A stretch of DNA of 64,000 bases from Gemmatimonadota bacterium (lineage in GTDB: Bacteria; Gemmatimonadota; Gemmatimonadetes; Longimicrobiales; RSA9), in contig JBBDRO010000103.1 of NCBI GenBank assembly GCA_040905425.1, positions 13,959 through 77,958 on the forward strand, given 5' to 3'. The position numbers and the translations under genes were made by a program. The notes under the pieces were generated by a model. That model saw nothing but the letters and a program-made list of their open reading frames with translations. It was not told where the DNA came from and made no database searches. Position 1 is the first letter of the stretch. The number at the start of each line of letters is the position of its first letter. Shown in pieces: positions 46,244-54,243 of the stretch.

Positions 46244-49171
46244 ATGAAAAAACTCACATTGTCGTTGCTGTGCGTGGGAGCGCTGGCGCTGGGCGCTGTC
46301 GCAACACCGCTGGCGGCTCAGGCTCAGTCAGGACTCGAGATCACGATCGAGGAGCCCACTGACTGGCAGGAGGAAGGCCCGGGCCGCCGCGGTATTGTGG
46401 TCCAACCGAGATCCTCCATTCGCGTGAGTGGCGTCGCACGGCACCCATCCGGCATCAGCGAGCTGCTGCTCGACGGCAACCGCGCCTCCATTGCGCCGCA
46501 GCCCGATGGCACGGTCCGGTTTCTCGGCTACGTGCTCGTGCGGGAGAAGATGACGCACGCGGAAATCACGGCCTTGACGCCGTCCGGAGAGAGGGCGACG
46601 GCGCGGTATTCGATCTCGCCGACGGCGCCGCCGGCGCCGAGGGCTGAGTCGCCGGAAGAGGCCTGGAACGCCGCGGGGAGTGATTTCCGTGGCAAGAGGT
46701 GGGCGGTCGTCATCGGCATCAGCGAATACCGGGACCCCGGCGTTCAGGGACTGAAGTATGCCGACCGCGATGCCAAAGCCGTCTACGACTTTCTCCGGTC
46801 TGATTTGGCCGGTATGGGTGGCTTCGCGCCGGAAAACATCCAGCTTCTGCTGAATGAGGACGCGACCTATCAGAACATGCGCGTTGCATTATTCGATTTT
46901 CTGAAGAATGCCACGGAAGAGGATGTAGTCTACATCTACTATGCGGGCCATGGTGCGCCCGATCCGGATCGTCTCGAGAACCTGTATTTGCTGCCATATG
47001 ACGCCAACTCGAGGCAGCTCGGCGGCACAGGATTCCCGATGGAGGACATGAATCGAGCTCTCCGCAACGTCGCAGCTAAGCACAAGATATTGATCACGGA
47101 CGCTTGCCACAGCGGTGGCATTACTGCAGAGGGGACACGCTCGCTCGCGGTCAACAGAATCAACGAGGTCTTCCTCGAGCAGATGAGCACGAGCACCGGT
47201 GTACAGGTCATGTTCACGGCGAGCGCCAGCAATCAGGAGTCGCTCGAGGACGAACAGTGGGGTGGCGGTCATGGCGTGTTCACCCACTACCTGCTCGAGG
47301 GTCTGAAGGGCAGCGCAGATGAGGACGGCGATCACATCGTCAGCATCGGCGAGGCCATGGATTACACGAAATCGCAGGTCACGCGCGAGACGAGGCAGCG
47401 GCAGGTGCCGCAGATCAGTTCGACGGCCTACGACTATCGATTTCCCGTCGCATTGGTGCTGCCCGGTGCCGAGGTGCCGGACATACCAATCGATGAGATC
47501 CGGAAGGCGAATGCGCTCAGCAACATCATGACAAGCGCGTACGAGTCCGCATGGGTGCCGCCCGACTCAATTCTCACTGTTGCAGGGGGTACAGACACCG
47601 TCGCGATCCATCTGGCCAACGACCGCACCGACAGGTTACCGCCGGAACTGGTCGAGTTTAGCAGTAGCAATACCTCGGTCGTGACGGTCGACGACGAAGG
47701 CGTTATCACGGGTCAAAACGGCGGTCTAGCCCAGATCCGTGCGCAGGGGCTCAATCGCAGTGTGACAGTTTCCGTGAGAGTTCTCCCCAGGCCGGAGCAG
47801 GTCAGTTTCTCGCCGGCTGCCGATGAGATCCAGCTCGTGGTCGGTGAGCCGCTGAAGATTAGTACCGATCTGCTGCTGGAAGGCGACAAATGGATGCGCG
47901 GCGTTCCGCCGAAGCTCTCCGCACCGGACCCGAACGTCCTGCGCTCCGACGGCGGCGGCCAGTTCACCGGCGAGCGTGTCGGCACGACCACGATCCAGGC
48001 CGATATCGGCGGCGTGACCAAAGAATGGCGGGTTGAAGTCATTGCACCGCAGGTCGCGATAAAGGGCCCGCCTATGGCACTACCCGTCGGTGATTCACTT
48101 CGCCTCACCGCGTCCCGCACCCGGCCGGATGGATCGGTGCTCGGCGACGCAGCCAACGTGATCTGGCGCAGCAGTGACACGACAAAGGCTGTGATGCGGG
48201 ACGACATCCTGCACACGCGCGGCATCGGCAAGGTCACATTGAACGCATTCCTGGGCGACTCGGAGGACAGTGTCACTGTTTTCATCCTGGGTGACCTGCT
48301 ACTCGGCGTAAGGGGCCGGATGGGTGAAACAATCCTCTCCGTCTCCATGCACAGCGGCGAGGCCGTCCCGCTACTGCCGGACACCCTCAAAGCCTCGGAG
48401 CCGGCACTGTCACCGGACGGCAGTCGCATTGCCTTCGTCGTCGACAACAGGATCCACATTGCCGACACGGATGGCCAGAATGTGCGGCGGCTGACCCCTG
48501 ACATGGAAGGCGTGCTGGGATTCCGCGCATCCCGGTACGAAGAGCATACACCGGTGTGGTCGAACGATGGGGCGCGGGTCGTCTACGTGTCGAACGCGCC
48601 GGGCAATTACCAGATCCTCTCGATTGCGCCCGACGGCGGCGACGTCCGGCGTCTGACAGAAAGCAATTCGCAGGAGCGTGACGTGGCCACGTCGCGGGAA
48701 GCTCCGCGGATCGCGTTCGAGCGCATGGTCTCCGCCGATGACACGGACATCGTCGTTGCGCTGTCGGACGGCACACAGGCGGTTCAGTTCACCAGCAATG
48801 TGCCCGCGGCCATGGTCAAGTTCAGTGAGCACAAGCCGCAGTTCGTCATCGGTACGCCGTTCCTCATTTTCGCCCGTCGCAGCACCGGCCGTGACGGCGA
48901 GGCGCTGGCGCTGATGGACATTTCGAACGGCAAGGCGGGGGGGGAGCTGGTGCCGGCGATCCGCGACCATGTGATCCTCTACGCGGTGTCTCCGGACGGC
49001 CGCTGGATCGCATATCACCAGCGTGCGCTGTGGGGCCGCAAGAACAGCAGTCTCACGCTGATCGACATTGAAGGTAAGCCTGTGAAGAACCTGCATATCG
49101 GCGACGGCGTCGAGATTACCCATGTCGCGTGGGGTGCCTCGCCTCTCATCAGCAGCAGGGAGGACCAGTGA
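46244..49171 (+). CDS. secreted caspase-family (peptidase C14) protein with Ig-like Big_2 repeats and a TolB-like PD40 beta-propeller
   Basis: Signal peptide MKKLTLSLLCVGALALGAVATPLAAQA. Caspase His/Cys dyad YYAGHGAPD ... LITDACHSGGI. Three Big_2-like units (SSSNTSVVTVDDEGVITGQNGGLAQIRAQ; GERVGTTTIQADIGGV; WRSSDTTKAVM...GIGKVTLNAF). PD40 repeats LSPDGSRIAFV, PVWSNDGARVVYVS, YAVSPDGRWIAY. Confidence 0.85.
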   Translation: MKKLTLSLLCVGALALGAVATPLAAQAQSGLEITIEEPTDWQEEGPGRRGIVVQPRSSIRVSGVARHPSGISELLLDGNRASIAPQPDGTVRFLGYVLVREKMTHAEITALTPSGERATARYSISPTAPPAPRAESPEEAWNAAGSDFRGKRWAVVIGISEYRDPGVQGLKYADRDAKAVYDFLRSDLAGMGGFAPENIQLLLNEDATYQNMRVALFDFLKNATEEDVVYIYYAGHGAPDPDRLENLYLLPYDANSRQLGGTGFPMEDMNRALRNVAAKHKILITDACHSGGITAEGTRSLAVNRINEVFLEQMSTSTGVQVMFTASASNQESLEDEQWGGGHGVFTHYLLEGLKGSADEDGDHIVSIGEAMDYTKSQVTRETRQRQVPQISSTAYDYRFPVALVLPGAEVPDIPIDEIRKANALSNIMTSAYESAWVPPDSILTVAGGTDTVAIHLANDRTDRLPPELVEFSSSNTSVVTVDDEGVITGQNGGLAQIRAQGLNRSVTVSVRVLPRPEQVSFSPAADEIQLVVGEPLKISTDLLLEGDKWMRGVPPKLSAPDPNVLRSDGGGQFTGERVGTTTIQADIGGVTKEWRVEVIAPQVAIKGPPMALPVGDSLRLTASRTRPDGSVLGDAANVIWRSSDTTKAVMRDDILHTRGIGKVTLNAFLGDSEDSVTVFILGDLLLGVRGRMGETILSVSMHSGEAVPLLPDTLKASEPALSPDGSRIAFVVDNRIHIADTDGQNVRRLTPDMEGVLGFRASRYEEHTPVWSNDGARVVYVSNAPGNYQILSIAPDGGDVRRLTESNSQERDVATSREAPRIAFERMVSADDTDIVVALSDGTQAVQFTSNVPAAMVKFSEHKPQFVIGTPFLIFARRSTGRDGEALALMDISNGKAGGELVPAIRDHVILYAVSPDGRWIAYHQRALWGRKNSSLTLIDIEGKPVKNLHIGDGVEITHVAWGASPLISSREDQ

Positions 49172-50133
49172 TGCATCGCGCAGTTGTGATTGTTGCCGTG
49201 GTCGCTGCCGGCACCTTGACCGTGCCGGCCGAGGCGCAGTTTTCATCGGATATTCCCGGTGTTCCGCGTGCCTCCGTGCCGTTCCGTGGCAATCACCAGA
49301 ACCGTACGGAGTGGACGTTTGCTGGCTACAAGATCCCCGGTGCGGCAGACGTCGGCGATACGACGGCACTCGGCGTACGCGTGACCTTTGGCCGCAGCTA
49401 CCGAATCAGGAACGTGTTCGAGCTCGGTTTTGACATCTCGATCATCGATGGCCTCCTTGAACGGCCGCCGGAGGATACGTTACCCGGCGCCCCACCCGGG
49501 CCGGGCAGTTACATCCGCGGGTCCGGCTTCTACGGGCTACGCATTGGCGGCAAGTGGAGACCATTTTCCGCGCTCGACCTGGACGGCTATGGCTGGGAAG
49601 GCGCTATCGGCGCTGGGGTCCAGCCTTCACTTCGGCCGTTGATCGGTGCCGAGAGCTATGACGACAGCACGCGCTTCGGGGGCCAGTTCTCCGGTGAGGC
49701 GGAGCCCGGTCTGCGGGGCAGCGACCCGTTCGGCAGGATCCATATGGCCACCTTCTTATCTGGCATGGCGAGCTACAGGTCGCAGCGTATCCTGGCTGAT
49801 GTTGCGCTCGTCGCCGAAGCCGTCCGTGAGTCGGACGAAGCGGATGGACCGTCGCCGCTCGTGAAATTTGACGGTGTCTCGCCGCGCGGAGGTGTGATGT
49901 ACCGGCTCACACCTAGCCTGGCGCTCGGCGCGAGCTACTGGGGCAATGGCGCCCCGCCGTGGCGGGACCAGATCTCCGTGGGCGTTCCGGGCGCGGCGAA
50001 GGGAGAACACTACGGCTTTATAATGACGCTCGGTTCCCGGCCTGAGAGTGGCACCGATTTCATGGTGTCAACGCCGACCGGCGACTGGGGTCAGTCCGTG
50101 CGGCTCTACATACGGGGTCGCTCGACGCGCTGA
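49171..50133 (+). CDS. hypothetical secreted beta-rich protein (possible outer-membrane barrel)
   Basis: ATG 49171 overlaps the caspase stop (TGATG) and is preceded by GGGAGGA. Signal peptide VVIVAVVAAGTLTVPAEAQ. Alternating hydrophobic beta-strand-like segments, but no canonical C-terminal Phe. Confidence 0.55.
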   Translation: MHRAVVIVAVVAAGTLTVPAEAQFSSDIPGVPRASVPFRGNHQNRTEWTFAGYKIPGAADVGDTTALGVRVTFGRSYRIRNVFELGFDISIIDGLLERPPEDTLPGAPPGPGSYIRGSGFYGLRIGGKWRPFSALDLDGYGWEGAIGAGVQPSLRPLIGAESYDDSTRFGGQFSGEAEPGLRGSDPFGRIHMATFLSGMASYRSQRILADVALVAEAVRESDEADGPSPLVKFDGVSPRGGVMYRLTPSLALGASYWGNGAPPWRDQISVGVPGAAKGEHYGFIMTLGSRPESGTDFMVSTPTGDWGQSVRLYIRGRSTR

Positions 50134-50576
50134 GGCGTATGCCGGCGCGGCAGACCCCCGCCGCGAGGGCAGGCATGGTGAACAGTAGTGGATCGCCGCG
50201 AGTACTCGTACAAGCCACGCTGCCTGCCCGGCGGAGGCCGCTTCACCTTCGTCGCGGGAAGGGGCGTCGATACCTGGATGGCGCTTGTCCCGGCCGTGCA
50301 CAGCAAGCTGGAGATGCACGACTGGCGGGAAGTGGGAGGGCGGCTCGCTGCCGTTCTAGCGCAGTCCATCCCAGGGACGCTCGCCGCTCTCGGCCGCCGA
50401 GAGCATTTGCGTAAGCAGGATTGCCACCTCGACCCGTCGCATGGTAAGGTTCAGCTGCTGCTGGATGACGCGGCGGATGGGCAGTGCCTCCTGCTCGGGA
50501 GATACGCTGCATCGGCTGCGGTCAGGTCGGCACACGGTGTTGCAACGCCCGCCCCAGCCGCCCATAATCGACAGCC

Positions 50577-51470
50577 ATGAAGGAGCCCCAGCACCTCACC
50601 ACCCTTTTTGCCGACGTCAGCGGCAGCACCCGCCTCTTCGAGCAGCGCGGTGACCACGAAGCCCGCCGCATCATCGCCGCCGTCCTCGAGGCGCTGACGG
50701 AAGTGGTGCAGGGCTACAGCGGGCGCGTGGTTAAGACCATCGGGGACGAAGTGATGTGCACCTTCCCCGGCCCCACCCAGGGTCTGCTGGCCGCCTGCGA
50801 CATGCAGCAGCGCGTGGCGCGCGAGCCGGATTTCGCCCGGGACGACATCGGCATCCGGGTAGGTTTGCATCACGGCGCCACGCTCGTCGAGGATGGGGAT
50901 ATCTATGGCGACTCCGTGAACACGGCGGCCCGCATGGCCGCCCTGGCCAAGCGCGAGCAGATCATCACCACCACGGCCACCCTGGAAGGCGTCACGTCCG
51001 GTGTACATCTGAGCGCCCGCGCCCTAGGCCAGGTGCGCGTCCGCGGCAAGCAGCTCCCCGTGGAGGTGGTCGACATCATCTGGCAGGAAGACACATCGGA
51101 GGTCACAACGGTCCAGCAGGTGGTGCGGGTGGGTGGCGAGCCTGCGGATCTCCAGCTGCGTCTCCGCCACAGGGACACGGAGATTATCTTCACGCAGGAC
51201 TCGGAGCCCCTCTCCATAGGCCGGGACGCCGGGAATTCATTGACAGTCCCCACGGAATTGGCCAGCCGGAACCACGCCGTGTTGGAATGCAGGGGAGCCT
51301 ACTTCGCGCTGGTGGACCGCAGCACCAACGCCACCTTTGTGCGCTTCGGGGACGACGAAGAGCTCCGGGTGCATCGGGAGGAGATCCGGCTCCGTGGGTC
51401 GGGAACCATCAGCCTAGGACAGGTCGCGAGAAGCAACCCGGCGGATTTGGTATATTTTGAGTGCGCATAG
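50577..51470 (+). CDS. class III adenylate/guanylate cyclase fused to a C-terminal FHA domain
   Basis: Cyclase motifs: LFADVSGSTRLFE, VKTIGDEVMCTF, GLHHGATLVEDGDIYGDSVNTAARM. FHA: LSIGRDAGNSLTVPTELASRNHAVLE...LVDRSTNATFV. Confidence 0.85.
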   Translation: MKEPQHLTTLFADVSGSTRLFEQRGDHEARRIIAAVLEALTEVVQGYSGRVVKTIGDEVMCTFPGPTQGLLAACDMQQRVAREPDFARDDIGIRVGLHHGATLVEDGDIYGDSVNTAARMAALAKREQIITTTATLEGVTSGVHLSARALGQVRVRGKQLPVEVVDIIWQEDTSEVTTVQQVVRVGGEPADLQLRLRHRDTEIIFTQDSEPLSIGRDAGNSLTVPTELASRNHAVLECRGAYFALVDRSTNATFVRFGDDEELRVHREEIRLRGSGTISLGQVARSNPADLVYFECA

Positions 51471-51808
51471 CGAGGAACGGCGCCACCCGACCGCAGGTCA
51501 CCCGGTTTCCGCGGCCTGTGTCTGGCGCCTGTTGCCGGGGCAGGGCTCGTCGGCTGTGACAACGGGTTGTTCGTAGCACCCGCGAACCAGCCAGTCGTCA
51601 GGGTGGATGGCAGCGGTATCGTACGCGCAACCGGTGTGGGCGCGGTGGAGATCATCGTGCCAGGCCCGCCGAAGGGGGAACGATAGCGGCCATTCCGGTG
51701 GCCACCGTGGAGACTTTTTCGCGTAACGGACATAGCAGCGGGAACTGGCGTCCGGAAGGCGTGGAGGTACTTCTAAGTCTAAGGACCGCTTCGGCTTGGA
51801 CGTGGATC

Positions 51809-51843
51809 GAGCCCGGGGGCGCGGCAGTGCCGCCCCCGGGCTC
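51809..51843. terminator. GC-rich stem-loop (13-bp perfect stem), 49 nt downstream of the minus-strand operon
   Basis: gagcccgggggcg-cggcagtgc-cgcccccgggctc. It is located between the convergent cyclase gene and the oxidoreductase gene. Confidence 0.55.
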
Positions 51844-51891
51844 GAAAACAACAGGCGGTCCTGCTGAAGGTGACCGATACGTGACGAGTTG

Positions 51892-54243
51892 CTAGTCGAT
51901 GACTTCCACCACCACTGGACCCGACGCCCTGGCCATACACGCCAGTCGGCAGGCGCCCGGCTCCAGCCCCTTCCTCTTGAGGGTCTTGAGCTCCTTTTCG
52001 GCGGGCTCGCTCAGGTGCTCGGCGCCCTCCAGAATGCGAATGGCATCGCAGCCGCACATGCCGATCCAGCATTCGTAGTCGATGTCCACCTCATTCTCGT
52101 CGGCCCATTCGAGCAACGTCTGGTCCTCGGCCAGAGGCCCTGCCAGTTCCTGTCCCTGAAAGGTGACGTGTGGACCGCTGGCCACTGGCGCCGCCACGGC
52201 CGCGTGGCTCTGCTGCTGGACCGCGGCGGCCGGCGGTGGCTCGAGCTTGGCTGCCGGCGGAGGGGGCGGTGAGGAAGTGGGGGCTACTGGCGGCTCCAAT
52301 GCGGGCGGCGCCACTGCTGGCATCGAAGTGGTCTTCTCGGGAAGGTCCTCACGTAGCCGCACCTCCAGCTGCTGACCGCCGATGCGGAAGACATCCCGGT
52401 GCCCGAGCTGCCGCTCCCCCTCGATCTTCAGGTAGGTGCCGTTTCGGCTTCCGAAGTCGTGAAGCTGAATTTCTCCGTCCTCGACCGAGAGGGAGAAATG
52501 GAATCGGGAGAGGGTGTGGTCGTCGTTGTCCAGGAGCACGTCGGGGTCTGACTTGCCGCCTGATCGTCCGAAGACGGTGGTGTCCTTCAATAGATACACG
52601 GCCACCTGTCGCCCGCGCGCGTCATAGTGGACGAGCTCGGGCGGCGCTCCGCGCACCTGGCGGGAGACCACGAGGATCTGCTGTCCGGCCCGGATCAGGT
52701 CGCTATGGCGAACGCTCACGGCACGATCGGGGAGCACCTTCTGGTAGGTACCTGCCCGGCTGCCGTCGTCCCGGAGGAAGTAGCCGCTGTCCCTCCGGGT
52801 GAGGGAGGCGTGGGCCTCCGAGAGCAGCGTGTCGTGTGGAAAGGCCAGGTCCGTACCTGTGCGCCCCAATGTGGTCATGCCACGGGGGTTCAGCCGAAAC
52901 TCCTCGGCTTCAACGCCGGCGGGCGTCAGCAGAACCAGGTATGCGCCCTCCGCGGCAGCGGCTCCCGGCTCCGGAGTTACGTCCGCCTCCGCCGCGGCGT
53001 CCTCCTCGTCTCCCCGCAGGCCTAGGACACCGCTTACCCGGCCGTCCGAGGTAGTGTCGCCGGCGAGGGGCTCCGCGTCGCGAATCACCACATTCACCTC
53101 GGCGCGGCCCTCGAGGCGCTGGTTGATGACCTCCGCCACGAACACTCCGTCGCGCAGACCGCTCTTGATGTTGCCCCGGTGCTTGACCTGGCGGAAGGTG
53201 TCGGGCGACCCGGCGAAATCGTCCGTCTCCAGGTAAGACTGGCTCAGCAGGTCTCCGATCACGTAGACGTTCGGCTGCTGCGTCTCCAGCAGTGGCGTCA
53301 CCGCCATGGTCTTCTTTCCCTTGGTGCCACCCGCCACCATGTCGACGCCTATGGTCGAGAGGAGGGCCTCGGGAATGTCCTCGCCGATGCAAGCGATACA
53401 CTGTGTCTTTGCGAACTCCAGGTGAAGCGTTTCCGGCGGCCGACCTGCGGGCGTCTTCCGGTCCACCCGTAGCGACAACACCTCCGTGCGGTCGGGAGTC
53501 GTAACAACGGCTACGGGCTCGCTCTCGGGGAAGTGCCGGATGTTGCCGTTGCCGATGTAAGCTTCGAAGAACTGCTCGGCGAGTGCCTTGGAGACCCGCG
53601 GCATCTTGGTGCCACGGTACGCCCAGTAGACCGGGCACTCGTCACCCGCGCCCACCTTTGCCCTCGAGATGGCCAGGACCGCCTCGGCGGCCGACGTGCC
53701 GCCGCCAACCACCAGCACCGGGCCCTTGGCATAACGATCCGCCTCATCGAGCCGATAGGCAATCCCGTCGGTGTTGCCGGGGATGTCGAACCGCCGGGGG
53801 ACTCCCCGTCCCAGCGCCACCACCACGTGCCGGGCTCGGAAGGTCACCTGTTCGCTCGCCTTGTGGTCCCACGCCACCACGTTCCACAGGTCATCGGCAC
53901 GCTCCATGGCGGTTAGTTCCACGCCGGTCCGAAAGGGTACGCCGAACGCACCGTAAAGCGCCTTCCAGGAACTGCACATCTCATCCTTGTCAATGGGTCC
54001 GAACTGGAGCGCTGCTATCATCTTGCCACCGGCCGGAAACCGCATGCGGTCCCCACCGCCGAAACTGGGGAGGATTAGCTTGTCAGACGGATAGTCCCGG
54101 ATTCGCTTCAGGATGTCATCGAAATCGATGACCAGAACCTCGAGCCGCAATTCCCTGGCGCGGAAAGCCGCGGCGGTGCCTGCGGGTCCGCCGCCGATCA
54201 CCAGGACGTCCAGTATCTCGGTGCCGCCGTTGATGTTGCTCAT
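51892..54243 (-). CDS. FAD/NAD(P)-binding oxidoreductase - FHA - FHA - 2Fe-2S ferredoxin-like fusion protein
   Basis: Dinucleotide motifs VLVIGGGPAGTAAAF, VLVVGGGTSAAEA, NVYVIGDL. FHA1: TTLGRTGTDLAFPHDTLLSEAHASL...SRAGTY. FHA2: TVFGRSGG...LSRFHFSLSVEDGEIQLHDFGSRNGTY. Then a Pro/Ala linker. C-terminal Cys cluster YECWIGMCGCDAIRI...GACRLACMA. Confidence 0.8.
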   Translation of the reverse strand: MSNINGGTEILDVLVIGGGPAGTAAAFRARELRLEVLVIDFDDILKRIRDYPSDKLILPSFGGGDRMRFPAGGKMIAALQFGPIDKDEMCSSWKALYGAFGVPFRTGVELTAMERADDLWNVVAWDHKASEQVTFRARHVVVALGRGVPRRFDIPGNTDGIAYRLDEADRYAKGPVLVVGGGTSAAEAVLAISRAKVGAGDECPVYWAYRGTKMPRVSKALAEQFFEAYIGNGNIRHFPESEPVAVVTTPDRTEVLSLRVDRKTPAGRPPETLHLEFAKTQCIACIGEDIPEALLSTIGVDMVAGGTKGKKTMAVTPLLETQQPNVYVIGDLLSQSYLETDDFAGSPDTFRQVKHRGNIKSGLRDGVFVAEVINQRLEGRAEVNVVIRDAEPLAGDTTSDGRVSGVLGLRGDEEDAAAEADVTPEPGAAAAEGAYLVLLTPAGVEAEEFRLNPRGMTTLGRTGTDLAFPHDTLLSEAHASLTRRDSGYFLRDDGSRAGTYQKVLPDRAVSVRHSDLIRAGQQILVVSRQVRGAPPELVHYDARGRQVAVYLLKDTTVFGRSGGKSDPDVLLDNDDHTLSRFHFSLSVEDGEIQLHDFGSRNGTYLKIEGERQLGHRDVFRIGGQQLEVRLREDLPEKTTSMPAVAPPALEPPVAPTSSPPPPPAAKLEPPPAAAVQQQSHAAVAAPVASGPHVTFQGQELAGPLAEDQTLLEWADENEVDIDYECWIGMCGCDAIRILEGAEHLSEPAEKELKTLKRKGLEPGACRLACMARASGPVVVEVID

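Noticed and set aside
50188-50580. 130-aa plus-strand ORF upstream of the cyclase gene
   Set aside because: It has no recognisable domain, odd composition and no ribosome-binding site. It would run into the cyclase start. The region is left as unassigned and reported as a finding.
51498-51851. 117-aa minus-strand ORF downstream of the operon
   Set aside because: Its 5' part is the GC-rich terminator hairpin (51809-51843). There is no alternative internal start codon and no homology that I recognise.
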